Assembly (NCBI RefSeq): GCF_004010195.1
Contig: NC_057749.1
Coordinates: forward strand, 21,540,370-21,604,369
Source of the DNA: Chiloscyllium plagiosum
Lineage: Eukaryota
Direction of reading: 5' to 3'
DNA: 64,000 nt
Below, piece after piece: positions 47,620 to 61,778 of this stretch; the stretch's first letter is position 1; each line of letters begins with the position of its first letter. Below the pieces are notes generated by a model. That model was not told the DNA's origin, did not search any database, and saw only the letters and a list, made by a program, of their open reading frames with translations. Position numbers and translations under genes: made by a program.

Positions 47620-48945
47620 TTTTTATTCATTTGTGGACTTGGGTGTCGCTGGCTGGCCAGCATTGATAGCCCACCCCTAGTTGCCCCTTGAGAAGGTAGG
47701 GGTGAGCTGCCTTCTTGAATCGCTGCAGTCCACTTGCTGGGGGTTGACCCACAATGCCATTAGGGAGGGAATTCCAGGATTTTGACCCAACGACTGTGAA
47801 GGAACAGTGGTAGATTTCTGAGTCAGGGTGGTGAGTGGCTTGGAGGGGAACTTGCAGGCGGTGGTGTACCCAAGTACCTGCTGCCCTTGCCCTTCTAGAT
47901 GGGAGTAGTCATGGGTTTGGAAGGTGCTGTCTAAGGATCTTTGGTGAATTTCTGCAGTGCATCCTGTAGGTAGTAAGCACTGCTGCTACTGAGCGTGGTG
48001 GTGGTGGAATTGAATGTTTGTGGATGTGGTGCCAGTCAAGCGGGTAGCCTTGTCCTGGATGGTGTCAAGTTTCTGGAGTGTTGTTGGAGCTGCCCCCATC
48101 CAGGCAAGTGGGGAATATTCCATCACACTCCTGACTCGTGCCTTGTAGGTGGTGGATAGACTTCGGGATGTCAGGAGGTAAGTTACTTGCCGCTGTATCC
48201 ATAGTCTCTCACCTGCTCTTGTAGCCATTGGTGTTTATGTGGTGAATCCAGTTGAGTTTTTGGTCAACGGTAACTCCAAGTTTGTTGACAGTGGGGGGAT
48301 TCAGTGATGGCAATACCAAGGGACAGTGGTTAGAATGTCTCTTATTGGTGATGGTCATTGTCTGGCATTTGTGTGCTGTGAATATTACTTGCCACTTGTC
48401 GGCCCAAGCCTGGATATTGTTCAGATCTTGTTGCATTTGAGCAAGGAGAAGGTTAATGGAATGTTGGCCCTTATTTCAAGGAGGTTGTAGTATAACAGCA
48501 GGAAAGTCCTTCTGCAACTCACCAAGGTGCTGATGAGACCACATCTGGAGCAGTTTTGGTCCCTTTATTTAAGGAAAGATGTCATTTCCTTGGGGACAGT
48601 TATGAGAAGGTTTACTAAGCTGATCCCTGGTTTGAAGGGATTGTCTGATGAGCAAAGGCTAAACAGGTTGGGATTCTATTCTCTGGAGTTGAGAAGAATG
48701 AGGGGTGATCTCACTGAAACATGTAGGATTCTTAAGGGGCTTGACAGGGTAAATGCTGAGGTAATGTTTCTCCTCATGGGAGAGTCTAGGACCAAAGGGC
48801 ATAGCCTCAGAGTAAAGAGGTGCCAATTTAAGGCTGAGATGAGGAGGAATTTTTCTCTGAAAGTTTTAGAGTCTTTGGAACTGCTTGCCGCAGTGAGCTG
48901 TGGAAACAGAGTCTTGTGCATATTTAAGACTGAGATAGATAGGTT
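47620..48945. mobile_element. Two adjacent LINE fragments (47620-48440 -, 48440-48945 + CR1)
   Basis: YKARVRSVMEYSPLAWMGA (-) and RPHLEQFWSLYLRKD...RGDLTETCRIL (+). Confidence 0.8.
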
Positions 48946-50009
48946 TGCTAAGGAAGGAAGCCTGGCAATTTTACCTATGTTCTTTTAAAAAGCACATTCA
49001 CAGGACAAGGGCATCACTGGCTAGGTCAGCACTTATCCCTGAAGAGGTTAACAGTTAACCACATTATTATGGGTCTGGAGTCACATGTAGGCCAGACCAG
49101 GTAAGGATGGCAGTTTCCTTCCCTGAAGGGCATTAGTGAACCAGATGGTTTTATCCAACAATGGTTGCGCAGTCATCATTAATTCCAGATTTTTGTTGAA
49201 TTCAAGTTCCGCTGCCTGCCATACCAGGATTTGAACCTGTGCCTCCAGGATATTTACCAGAATTAACAGTCCAGCAATAATACTACTAGACCATCAACTC
49301 CCCTCCACATGCTGCTAGATTCCCCAATAACGCGGCCGACTCTGAGCTGCCCTGTGCAATTGTCCTTGGGAGCTACTCAAGGACGGTTACCATTGGGTAA
49401 GAAACGCTGTCCTCGGCAGGGGTGCCAACATCGTGGGAAGGGACAAAGGAAAGAAAAATGCTTCATTATTCATTGCCGGCTATTACGTTTTCTTGTCAAC
49501 AACTTTTAAAAGTTAACCAATTTCCAATTCAATTGAATGACTGTTGTCCTTGGATGTGACAGAAGAAGAGATCTTTTCTCTTCAGCTGTTCAGCTGACAG
49601 TAAATAGGCTCATGTAACAGATGCCAGATTATGACAATACTCACTGAATAATGCTTCCTGCGGTTTGAACAGCATTGTGTTCACACAGCTGAACTTCCTC
49701 AATGTAATTGTTAACTTGGAAACAATACCCTGAAATAAATGGCTGATTAAATCTCGATTGAAAACATTTTCTTTTTCTCCTTTTCTCCCCTCCCTCTCTC
49801 TCTCTGGGCACCACCTCCATCGATTCAAATCATACCTATCCCGATCAGCAACCGAACTCCCATCCTATCCCCAGCTTTCAGTTCTGAAGAAAGGTCACTG
49901 GATTCAAAACATTAACTCTGTTTCTGTCTCCATAGAACTTGCCAGATCTGCTGATTTTCTCTAGTACTTTTTGTTTCTGTTTTAGATCTCCACTGTCAGC
50001 ATTTTTAAT

Positions 50010-50781
50010 GTCATTAGAGTCGGCATGGAAACAGACGCTTCGGTCCAATTTGTTCACACTGACCAGACGTCTCAATCCGACCTAGTCCCATTGACCTGCG
50101 TTTGGCTCATATCCCTCTAACTCCATCCTCGTCATATACCCATCCAGCTGCCTTTTAAATGCTGTAATTGTACCAGCCTCCACCACTTCCTCTGGCAGAT
50201 TATTCCATATACGCACCACCCTCTGTGTGAAAAGGTTGCCCCTTAGGTCCCTTTAAAAATCTTATCCCTCTCACCCTAAACCTATGTCTCTAGTTTTGGT
50301 CTCCCCTACCCTTGGAAAAAAGACCCTGGTTATTCACCCTATTCATGCCCCTCATGATATTATAAACCTCTGTCAGGCCAGCCCTCAGCCTCCAACACTC
50401 CAGGGGAAAAAAAGTCCATCTGCCACTCCCATGCCTACTGGCCAATCTGATCAGGTTGTAGCCAGTTATGATTTTGTTTTATATTTATGGGCAGTACGGT
50501 GGCTCACTGGTTAGCACTGCTGCCTCACAGCACCAGGGTACCAGGTTTGATTCCAGCCTCGGGTGACTGTCTGTGTGGAGTTTGCACATTCTCCCCGTGT
50601 CTGCGTGGGTTTCCTCCCACAATCCAAAGATGTGCAGGTCAGGTGAACTGGCCATGCTAAATTGTCTGTAGTATTAGGTGCATTAGTCAGAGGGAAATGG
50701 GACTGGGTGGGTAACTCTTCTGAAGGTCAGTGTGGACTTGTTGGGCCGAAGGGCCTGTTTCCACACTGTAGGGAATCTAAT
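50010..50781. mobile_element. CR1 3' end (-, about 50010-50410) and HE1-like SINE (+, 50490-50781)
   Basis: Same families as elsewhere in the window. Confidence 0.8.
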
Positions 50782-51979
50782 CATTATTGTGAGATGGGAA
50801 CAGGGAATTCCTTTTTAGTCTAGTTGATTCAGCGATGGTTTTACCCAAATGATCCAATTCACAAAGTATTCCAGAAAATTATTGGAGCATCATGAGGTAG
50901 GATTAAGATCTGAAACATTAATGTAGGCATTAGTTCCAAACACTAGCTGAACCAGACAAACATAACTCAAGGCAATTATCAAAATGAGAAATGCCGAGAA
51001 TTTGTAGCCATTGTAGAGAGAATGTTTGACCTTTGACGGGAAAAAAAAAGATATCTTTGCAAAGATACCCTGGTATCATTTGTCAATTGTGTTTGGCTGC
51101 TTTGAAAAGGGGAGAAACCTCTTGGGGAATGACAACATGATAAGTACCAATCCAAGGCTTGATGTAAAAATTAAATCTGGCCTCTGCAGTGAGGGAGCGC
51201 TATACTCTCATGGAGATGGTAAATCGAGACTCAGTTGGGATGACTGTAAGCTAAACATAACACCACTTTGAAGAACAGGGGAAGACGAATGTGAAGGCTC
51301 GGACGGTAGGGGTGGGGAGTGTGCCTACTTTTTTGATTCCTGCCTGTTTGTCCTTCAAGTATCGTCGCAAAAGTCGTCTGGATAATATCACACTGCCGTT
51401 TTTTGCAGAAGCTGGCAGTGTATAAATTGGCAGCAGTGATCCATATATTACAGCACTTTAAAAGGAATCCATTGGTTGGAAAATGATGTAGCAAGAAAAG
51501 GTGCTATGTAAATGCAAGTATACCTTTTTAATATCTGCTCCCTTTTCTGTTTTGGTTAAGGTGACGGCACATGTATTCTTTGGGGACTTTCTGACCATTT
51601 TTGTCGCAGAGTTTATTTTTCAAAGTTTCCTTCAATGGTTAGAGTGGAAGAAAATACGTATTTACTTCGTCAAGTTTAAAAATGAAGGCTCTCAGACATG
51701 GGGAAATTCAGATTTAAATTTTCCCTAAAACTTCCAAACGACAAACTAGTGCTTCCCAAATATTGTTCAACTGGGATCACAACGTGAGGAGTGAAAATGG
51801 TAGTGCTCCCTCAGCGAGGACAGTGTGGAGGGAGTTAGGGGTATAGGTGGGGGGAGAGGCCCTGCCAGAGCCAGACGCAGTTGTTGTAACTCAGTCAAAG
51901 CTCGGCAGTGGCCAGAACATATGAGCTCAACATTTCAGCTCGTGAGCCCCCTCATATCCCAGCCTCTACTTTGGGAAGC

Positions 51980-53620
51980 CTCTTTTTTTACTCACTCATG
52001 GGATGCGGGAGTCACTGCCTGGGGTCCTGTCCCTAGTTGCCCCTTGAGAAGGTGGGGGTGAGCTGCCTTCTATGAACCACTGTAGTCTGCCTGCTGTGGG
52101 TAGACCCACAATGCTATTAGGCGAGGAATTCCAGGATTTTCACCCAGCGACAGTGAAGGAACGGCGATATGTTTCCAAGTCGGGATGGTGAGTGGCTTTG
52201 AGTGGAGCTTGGAGGGGGGTGGTGTTCCCATGCTGCTGCTGCCCTTGTCCTTCTCAATAGAAGTGGTCATGGGTTTGAAAGGTGCTGTCTGAGGATCTTT
52301 GGTGAATTTCTACCATGCATCTTGTAGATAGTACACACTGCTTTTACTGAGCGTTGGTGGTGGAGGGGGTGAATGTTTGTGGATATGGTAGCTGGCTGTT
52401 TTCCCTTGAATAATGTCAAGCTTTTTGAGTGTTGTTGGAGCTGCACCCATCCAGGCAAGTGGGGAGTATTCCATCACACTCTTGACTTGTACCTTATAGA
52501 TGGTGGGCAGGTTTTGTAGAGTTATGAGGTGAGCTATTCACAGGAGCATTCCCTGCTCTTGTAGCCACTGCATTTATATGGCCAGTCCAGTTCAGACTCC
52601 GGTCAATGGGAACCCTCAGGATTTTGGCAGTGACATTGCATAAGCAATTCCTGTAGTAAGTAACTCCTCACTGAGAAAAGTGCATTGTGATGGACCATTA
52701 GACCATGAGATACAGGAGCAGAGTTTGGCCTTTCAACCCATTGAGTTTGAGATGTTTCTCAGACCCATCCTCCTGCCTGTAACCTTTGATCCCTTTACTA
52801 AACAAGAACCTATCTATGTCTGAAATACACACAGTGACCTGGCCTCCACAACCCTCAGCGACAATGACTTCCACAGATTAACCACCTATTGGCTGAAAGA
52901 AATCCTCCCCATCTCAGTTCTAAGGGATCCTCCCTTCATTCTGAGGCTGTACTCTCAAGTTCTAGTCTGTCCTATGAGTCAAAACATCTTTTCCATGTTC
53001 ACTCTTTCTCGGCCTCTCAGTATCCTGTAAGTTTCAATCCGATCCTCCCTTATCCTTCTGAATTCCATCAAATACAGACCCAGAATCCTCAGCTGCTCCT
53101 CATATGACAAGCCCGACATCCCCTGGATCATTCCTGTAAACCTCCTCTGGATCCCCTCCCAGGACAGCACATCTTCCTTAGATACGAGGCCCAAAACCGC
53201 TCACAATATTCCAAATGCAGTCTGATCAGAGCCTTATACAGCTTCATCAGTACATCCCTGCTCTTGTATGGCAGCCCTCGAAATGAATGCTGACATTACA
53301 TTTGTCCTCCTAACTGTCAATTGAACTTGCATGTTAACCTTAAGAGAATCCTGAACTCGGACCCCTATAGTCCCTTTGTGTTTCGGATTCTGGAGGCCTT
53401 TCTGCGTTGAGAAAATATTTATACTTTGAGTCTGCCGAGCAAAGTGCATGAGCTCACACTTTCCCATATTGGAGTCCATCTGCCATTTGCTTGCTCACAC
53501 CCTTAGCCTGTCCACCTCCTTCTGTAGCCTTCTCATTTCCTCAGCACTTCCCTCCACCTATCTTGGTGTCATCTGCAAACTCAGCAACTATGCCCTCAGT
53601 TCCTTTGCCCAGATCATTGA
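51980..53620 (-). mobile_element. Decayed LINE fragments (51980-52630; CR1 52695-53620)
   Basis: IQRRFTGMIQGMSGLSYEEQLRILGLY and NMGKCELMHF motifs. Confidence 0.75.
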
Positions 53621-54162
53621 TGTCTCACACGTTGAGGTATTCTCTGATCCTTCGTGAAGGTCACTTTCTGAAACTTCTGGTTTCTGGCCAGGAAATAAAA
53701 GTACATGCTCTGCCACATTTCTCCAACCGAAGAAGTCACAAGGTCACAGTCTTGACTTTAGCCTGAAGCCAAGACGTACACTCGCTGGGAAATAATAACT
53801 TCATTGCTTTATACATTTCTTTTATCCACAAAGATGTAGATCACAGACTGAGTTAAATCAATCGGAACATAACCATTGCTCTGTGCATGCAACGTCAGTG
53901 AAGCGACATAACAAATTGTTAAATATCGTTTGATAACATCCCTGTAAAATGACTTGGGATCTTTTGCTATGATAAAAATGCTCTTTAACTGACCTCAATT
54001 TTTTTTTAAAAAGTCCATCATGGGGATGTGGGTGTCACTGGCAAAGTCAGCATTTATTGCATTCAGTGCCCATCCTTAGTTGCCCTTGTGGAGGTGGTGG
54101 GGAGCTGCCTCCTTCAACCACTGCACTCTCTGTGATGCAGGTTGACCCACAATGCCATTGGG

Positions 54163-54871
54163 GTGTGTGTCTGTGTCTGTATGTATGTATGTATGTATGT
54201 GTGTATGTATGTATGTGTGTGTGTATGTATGTGTGCGTGTCTGTGTGTGTGTGTCTGTGTATGTATGTGAGATGAGAGAGAGTTGGTGTGTGTGAGAGTG
54301 TGTGTCTGTGTGTGTCTGTGTGTGTGTCTGTGTGTGTGTGTCTGTATGTGTGTGTGTCTGTGTGCATGTGTGTATGCGTGTGTGTCTGTGTGTGTCTGTG
54401 TGTGTGTCTGTGTGTGNNNNNNNNNNNNNNNNNNNNNNNNNNNNNNNNNNNNNNNNNNNNNNNNNNNNNNNNNNNNNNNNNNNNNNNNNNNNNNNNNNNN
54501 NNNNNNNNNNNNNNNNNNNNNNNNNNNNNNNNNNNNNNNNNNNNNNNNNNNNNNNNNNNNNNNNNNNNNNNNNNNNNNNNNNNNNNNNNNNNNNNNNNNN
54601 NNNNNNNNNNNNNNNNNNNNNNNNNNNNNNNNNNNNNNNNNNNNNNNNNNNNNNNNNNNNNNNNNNNNNNNNNNNNNNNNNNNNNNNNNNNNNNNNNNNN
54701 NNNNNNNNNNNNNNNNNNNNNNNNNNNNNNNNNNNNNNNNNNNNNNNNNNNNNNNNNNNNNNNNNNNNNNNNNNNNNNNNNNNNNNNNNNNNNNNNNNNN
54801 NNNNNNNNNNNNNNNNTATCTGTGTGTGTGTCTGTGTGTTGTGTGTGTGAGTGTGTGTGTGTGTCTGTGTA
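54163..54871. repeat. (TG)n/(TATG)n microsatellite spanning a 400-nt N gap (54417-54816)
   Basis: Directly visible. Confidence 0.95.
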
Positions 54872-56142
54872 TGAAGTCCCAGGGTTTTCTCCCAGTGACA
54901 GTGAAAGAATGGCAGTATGTTTCCAAGTCAGGGTGGGGAGGGGCTTGAAGGAGAACCTGCAGAGGCTGGTGTTCCCATGGACCTGCTGCCCTTGTCCTTC
55001 TAGTTTTCCTTAATGCTGGAATGTGGGAGAAGGCCGGATGTGGGAGAAGGCTTGTCTATCGGTATGTGCAGACAATGGAGTAAGTGGCCTCTTCCTATGC
55101 CATAAATGTTCTATGTTTCTAAGTGTCCGTGCAGATAGTTTTTCAACAACCCAGGAATGGGAGCAGGTCATTCAGCCCATTGAGCCTGGATGACCATTCT
55201 ACAGCATGGCTGAACTTCCAGTTCAACCACTGCCTTCCCATGCTATTTTGAGATGTCTTAACGTCTTTAGTCCCTGGAATCTTATTGGTCTGTGGGGTCT
55301 CAAACCTACTCAGCCTACTTGGGTAGAAATTTTCAAAGATCCGCCACCCTCTGAGTGAAGGAATTCCTCCTCATCTCATTCTTAAATGGCTAACCCTTTC
55401 CCCTGAGGTTATATCTCTCGCAACTATCCTCTCCATACCCACCCTTTCACATCCTTTAAGAATTTTGTACATCTCAGTGAGATTCCATTCTTGGAAGTTC
55501 TCGAGAATATCGAGAATACAGAATATGTCTTTTAATAAGACCATCCAGCCATTCCAGGAAATAATTTGATAAACCTCCTGTTGTACTTCCTCTCTGACAA
55601 GTCCATCCATCCTCAAACAAGGAGACTAAAGCTTTACACAATACTCCAGGTGAGGTCTCACCAACTCCATACAGACGCACGAAGATATCTTGTAGGCAGA
55701 AGTGGGTACTGCAGATTAGAGTCAAGATTAGAGTGGTGCTGGAAAAGCTCAGCAGGTCAGGCAGCATCCGAGGAGCAGGAAGAGTCAATGTTCCATCACC
55801 ACTCTAATCTTGAATGTAAGACATCTTGTGCTGAAATCCCCCCCCCCCCGCTCTGTGATCAAGGCCAACAGATTGTTCGCCTTTCTAATTGCTTGTTGCA
55901 CCTGCAGGCTAGTTTCTAGTGACTCCTGAGAAGGATATCCCTTGGACAACAGCACTTCCTAACTCTCACCATTCACAGAACATTGTGCCTTTCAGTTTTT
56001 TTTTCTGCTAACCGAATACCTTCAGCGACAGCGGAACAACGTTGGATTCTGAGACATGGGTGGCAGGGAAATTCACTCTTCATACTTGTGGCTATCCACA
56101 ATACAAATCACAGAAAAATCAAATGATTGTCATTGCAGTTAT

Positions 56143-56603
56143 TGTAACAAGGTCAGTCAGCTTGACATCATAGGATATGAGCTCCCTGATTGGGGCTGTT
56201 AATCTGGTCCAATTAGGTAGCCCTGGCTGACATAAAAATGTGTGGTGCTGGAAAAGCACAGCAGGTCAGGCAGCATCCGAGGAGCAGGAGAGTCGATGTT
56301 TCGGGTATAAGCCCTCCACCAGGAATGTGGTCAGGCCACATTCAAGGATGCTTCTGATGAAGGGCTTATGCCCGAAATGTCGACTCTCCTGCTCCTCAGA
56401 TGATGCCTGACCAGCTGTGCTTTTCCAGCGCCACACTTTTCGACGCTGACTCTCCAGCATTTGCAGCCCTCACTGTCTCTCATAAAAGGGTGAACGTCAG
56501 GGCTGACACTCTGGTGTCTGACTCTGTATGAGGCAGTATTATAGTCAAAGGCTATTCATGTTTAAATAAAGGGGCACTTGGTGATGGATACCGGCCTCTG
56601 TCA
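56143..56603 (+). mobile_element. Probable short solo LTR split by a palindromic family B element (about 56238-56480)
   Basis: TGTAACA start, CCAAT-like motifs, AATAAA at about 56565. cataaaa is duplicated around the nested element. 3' boundary uncertain. Confidence 0.55.
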
Positions 56604-58074
56604 TCAGACACCTCTGGTTTTCTGTAGAGTCCACATCCTGGCTAGATGATATTGGAATAGGGATAGGCAAAGGGATCTCTGACCCTACAGGGCATTACTG
56701 AACCAGATGGGTTTATCACCAACATCGGTTATCATTAGACTAGCTTTTCAGTCTCGATTTTATTGAATACTTCACCATCTGCTAGAGTTGGATCTGAACC
56801 CATGTGCCCAGAACACTGTCCTGCAGTTCCTGATTCCGAACCCTGCAACAATACAAGAACACCTTGTCACAACGTTGCTAGATCATTTCTTCATATTGTC
56901 ATTTCCTTTTAAAATGTGGGAGATGGTTATACAATCAGATATCACTCCTGTTCTGACCTCTACCATCTGGATGCTGACACCAATGCTCTCTGGCTTATCT
57001 GTACCAGTCGCTGGATTCTTCCATAGCCAACACGTCCTGGAGTGGGAATCAACATTGGGAGCCCTAGAGGCAGGAGCACTACCCACTGAACCATTTAGTC
57101 CCTTGAATGCCCAAAGCCACCTTTCACTCATGTTAAATTCAGGCTTTTACAAATCTCCAATCACTGTTCCAGAAGTGATACATGTTTTCACAATATAGTT
57201 CTATCGATGGGACATTGTTCACTTTATATCAAGTATGGACATTATCTGAGAATAATATAGGTCAGGGAATGGGACATAACAAAACTCTGCAGAACTACTT
57301 GAAGCTGTGGGAAGAGGAGTAGTTATTATTTAGACTTCAATGAGTTGTCAAATGTTTTAATAGGAAGGAACGAGTGAAGGTCAGGGTAGGGTACTGATTG
57401 TACTTTATAATCAGCATTGAATAAAAGAGCTGAAGTACATTGGAAAACATTGTGTAAATGTGCAAGTCTTAGCTGTGGGTGGTCAGATAGCTCAGCTGGC
57501 TGGACAGCTGGTTTGTAATATAGTGTGATGACCCTAACTCCTCACTTGAGGCCTGGTGACCCAACAGCAGTTGTCTCCCTCTATCTGTCTCTAATGGGAG
57601 AGCAGGACCAAGTTAACATTGCTAATTCCATTTGCAGTAAATGTAGATTAACTGACACTGATCAGGATAATTACCTCTCACGGAATTGTCTGCCTGTACG
57701 CATCACTGTTTACTTTTAGTTTAATCTGTTTATCAACCAAACCTTTAATGCTCTTCCCTCAGTAGTGACCTCAATGACGTAAAGTGTTCCAACCATCACC
57801 AAACTGTTGCCTTGCACTAGTTCTTTATTAGTTATCCATTGGTATTTTACTGTCTCTTAAAACTCAAAGAAAGTGCTGGTGCCTTTCCATTATTATATCC
57901 TCACCTTCCCTGATTTAACCATGAAATTAAAGGTAATGAAAGATAATAATCTACATCCAAAGCTCTGGGTTTGACTCCCACTCCAGGACTTGATGGTAAT
58001 CAATAGTGCATTCATAACAGGTTGGGCCAACAGGTAATTTGTTCAAGTAGCAGACCTTGAGAGAAATTCCTGAT

Positions 58075-58258
58075 GAGAAAGTGAGGAGTGCAGATGTTGG
58101 ACATCAGAGTCGAGAGTGTGGTGCTGGAAAAGCACAGCCGGTCAGGCAGCATCCGAGGAGCAGGAGAGTCGATGTTTTGAGCATAAGCTGTTCCGATCCT
58201 CCTGCTCCTTGGATGCTGCCTGACCTGCTGTGCCTTCCCCAGCACCACACTTTTAGAG
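58075..58258. mobile_element. Palindromic family B element
   Basis: Inverted gtggtgctggaaaagcacagc arms. Confidence 0.75.
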
Positions 58259-58839
58259 ATTCTGATGAATCAGGCTTGCTGCTAGATAGCAACTATCTCA
58301 GATTGAGAAATTACTTAGTAAGATGTCTGGTTTTCTTTAAATGGGGGAGCAAAAGATATATTTACCTTGAGCAAGATGGTGATTCTGCAATTGATTCTTG
58401 GAACTGGGTAATATTTAAATCCCAGTCCCAGTACAGGTAACAAACCTGTTGCAATGATTTAGGAAAGGCAACAGGATCTCCTATAATCCAGCAGAGACAA
58501 AACGAAACCAATTACATGCAGCTGTGAATAGTGCAGCCAACCATCTGAAACAGCACAATTTGTGATCAAATAAAAAATGCTAAATCTAGTTAAAAACTCA
58601 CAGCTGCAGAAGCAGACATAGGCATGTAGTTTGTCTGCGTTGTAAAACATGGGAAAGCATTTTACATCTAATTATGTGGAATCAGGTGGGGACATGTAGC
58701 ATGAGTGGTAGTTTCATACTTGTCAATTATTTCAGCAATGTTTCTGGCACAGAGATTACTATGTGCTGTTATATAAGGATGAGGTGCAGGATTGAGCAAT
58801 TCAACCTCTCGAGCCATTTACTACCATCATGATCTCAAG

Positions 58840-60600
58840 GACTCATAGTCATTGAGTCAGAGAGTCATACAGCATGGAAACAGACCTTTCGGCCCAACTA
58901 GTCCACTCTGACCATGTTCCCAAACAGAACTAGTCTAATTTGCCTGTGTTTGGCCCTTATCCCTCCAAACCTTTCCTGTTCATGTACGTATCCAAATGTC
59001 TTTTAAATGTTGCAACTGCACCTGCATTCACCACTTCCTGTGGGAGTTTATTCCATACACCAACCAATCTCTGAGTAAAAAAAAGCTGTCCTTCATGTTC
59101 TTTCTAAAACTTTCTCCTCGCACCTTAAAAACATATTCCCTTGTTTTAAACTCCCCCACCTTATCCATGCCCCTCATAATTTTATAAACCTCTATAAGGT
59201 CACTCCTCAATCTCCTCAGCTCCAGTGAAAAAAAGCCCAGCCTATCCAGCTTATTTTTATAACACAAACCCTCCATTCCCAGCAATATCCTTACACATCT
59301 TCTCTGAACTCTCTTCAGTTGAATAATATTCTTCCTACAGCAGGGTGACCAGAACTGTACACAGTATTCCAGAAGAGGCCTCACCAATGTCCTGTACAAC
59401 CTCAACATGACGTCCCAACTCCTATACTCAAAGGTCTGAGCAATGAAGGCAAGCGTGCTAAACACCTTATTAACCCCCCCCCCCCGTCTACCTGTGATGC
59501 AAACTTTAAGAATTATGTAGCTGAACCCTTAGGTCTTTCTGTTCTACAACACTTCCCAGGACTCTACCATTAATTATATAAGTCCTGACCTGGTTTGTTT
59601 TACCAAAATGCAATGCCTCGCATTTATCCAAATTAAACTCCATCAGCCCATTGAGCCAATTGACCAAGATCGCTTTGTAATCTTCGATAGCCTTCTTCGC
59701 TGTCGACTATGCCACTAATTTCCGTGTCATATGCCAACTTACAAACCATGCCTCCTATACTCTCATCCAAATCGTTTGTATAAATGATAAACAAAAATGG
59801 ACCCATTGCCGATACCTGCAGAACACTGCTGGTCACAGACCTCCAACACCACCCTCTGTCTCCTACCATCAAGCCAAATTTGTACCCAACTGGCAAACTC
59901 ACCCTGAATCCCATGTGACTTTGCTAATTAGTCTACTGTGCAGAACCCCATCAAAAGCTTTACTAACATCCGTGTAAACAATGTCGATCACTCTGCCCTC
60001 ATCAATCCTTTTGGTTACTGTCTCAGAAAACTCAATCAGGCGTGTGCGAAATGATTCCCCTCGCAGTTTGCAGACTATCCCTAATCATTCCTTATGTCTC
60101 CAAATGCATGCCAATCCATCTTTCAGAATCACCTGCAACGCCTACCCACCACTCTCTTGTCTGTAGTTCCCAGACTTCTCCTTACAGCCTTTCTTAAACA
60201 AAGGCACAACCTCCCAATCTTCCTGCACCTCACCCAAGGTTATAGATGATACAAATATTTCTGCTAGTGGCCCAGCAATTTCTTCCCTAACTTCCCACAA
60301 TGTCCAGGAATACACTTGATCAGGTCCTGGAGATTTACCCACCTTTATGTTTTCTAAGATCAACAGCACTTCCTCTTTTGGCAATGTGAACTGTTTTCAA
60401 AACATCAACATTTATTTTCCCAAATTCTCAAGCCTCTGTTCCTTTCTCCACAGTCGAAACTGAAGGAAAATATTCGTTATGTTTCCAACCACCTGAGGCT
60501 CAATGTGTAGACCATCTCATTGATCTGGAAGGGGCCATATTCTCTCTCTAGTTGCTCTTAATGTACTTTTCGAATCTCTTTGGATTATCCTTAATCCTCA
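58840..60600 (-). mobile_element. Long decayed CR1 ORF2 fragment
   Basis: KSPGPDQVY...EVREEIAGPLAEIF, FIIYTNDLD and LYRTLVRPLLEYCVQFWSP motifs. Confidence 0.9.
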
Positions 60601-61597
60601 ACTCCATTGTCCTGCTCGCTCTCCATAACCCTTGACCCGACATTAATTAAAAATCTGTCTAGCCCCTTTTTCAATCCTGGCAACCACCTCATTCTGGGCG
60701 AGCAAATTCCAAAGATTCAAGACCATTTATGAAAATTAGTTTTCATACCCTAAAGCTATGACCTCTTGTTCCAGAGTGGCCCCCAATGAACAGTATTTGC
60801 TCTGCGCCTATTGCTTCGGAAAGAAGACTTTCTAAGGTCGCGTCTGATCATTTCACCAATTGTTTAAAGGATAGGTTAATTAACAGGGTGACTGGTATCA
60901 ATGATGGAGTTTTATTATGTCAAATAAAGGGGACTGGATCAACTTCTGTACCTTGAGGAAATTTTGTTGAAGATGTGTTTACCAGAACCTGACAGCACAT
61001 TAATCATATTCATTATTAAAACACAAAGGCGTCATTATTACTCAGATATTTCAGAGGAAATGTCCATTTAGTCTTCACTTCTCAACCATATTTATAGCAT
61101 TTGGAAACTCTGAGCTTTTGTATCCTTGTCATTACACTGATAAGCAGTGATGATATAAATTTCAAAAGAGTTGCTTGAGTATTGTACACCACAGCACATT
61201 TCAGGGAGCTTTCTGAATTAGGAATCACAGCTCTTTCCACTAATTACTTGAACTTAGTGTGCCAATCTCATGTTTATTATTTTAAAACAGGACAAATGAG
61301 GTAATGTTTTCACTATCTTATCCAGCCATTGGGTGAGAACAATGATGCTTCATTGAGATTTAACCCTGAGCATCCACCCTCACTCTGACCCTCTGGGGCT
61401 GTGCTGTTGGGTAAAGCTAGTGATGTGGTATATTGTGGGGAGGCGGGTGTGGTGTTCAGCAGGGCACAGTGTCTCTGCCATGTCCTGGTACCCCATTCGC
61501 CCCCTCAGGTGAATGTGAAAAATGGCATGACATCATTTAATGTGCTGGTTAATATTTATCCCTTTAACCAATAAAACAGGCAATCTACTCATGGGAG

Positions 61598-61778
61598 AAA
61601 GTGATGACTGAAAATGTGTTGCTGGAAAAGCGCAGCAGGTCAGGCAGCATCCAAGGAGCAGGAGAATTGACGTTTTGGGCATGAGCCCTTCTTCAGGAGT
61701 GTAGTTTGGCGCATCGACCTTTACACCGCTGAGGCTAAACGCCAGATCGCGGCCACCTCCTCCTACTGCCCCCTTGAC
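61598..61778. mobile_element. Inverted Penelope-like insertion: family B repeat (-) plus 78-nt ORF fragment (+)
   Basis: Perfect 17-bp direct repeat caatctactcatgggag at 61581-61597 and 61779-61795. 61701-61778 encodes VVWRIDLYTAEAKRQIAATSSYCPLD. Confidence 0.85.

Noticed and set aside
49644..49729. Exon-like segment on - strand inside intron 2 (tttcag|...|gtgagt)
   Set aside because: Isolated, no recognisable product; could be chance.
51863..51876. ccagagccagac match to the semaphorin 5'UTR
   Set aside because: Only 12 bp, not followed by ATG or further homology; not a third promoter copy.
54047..55013. His/Thr- and Cys/Val-rich ORFs
   Set aside because: Translations of (TG)n repeats and an N gap; the same applies to 63033-63461.
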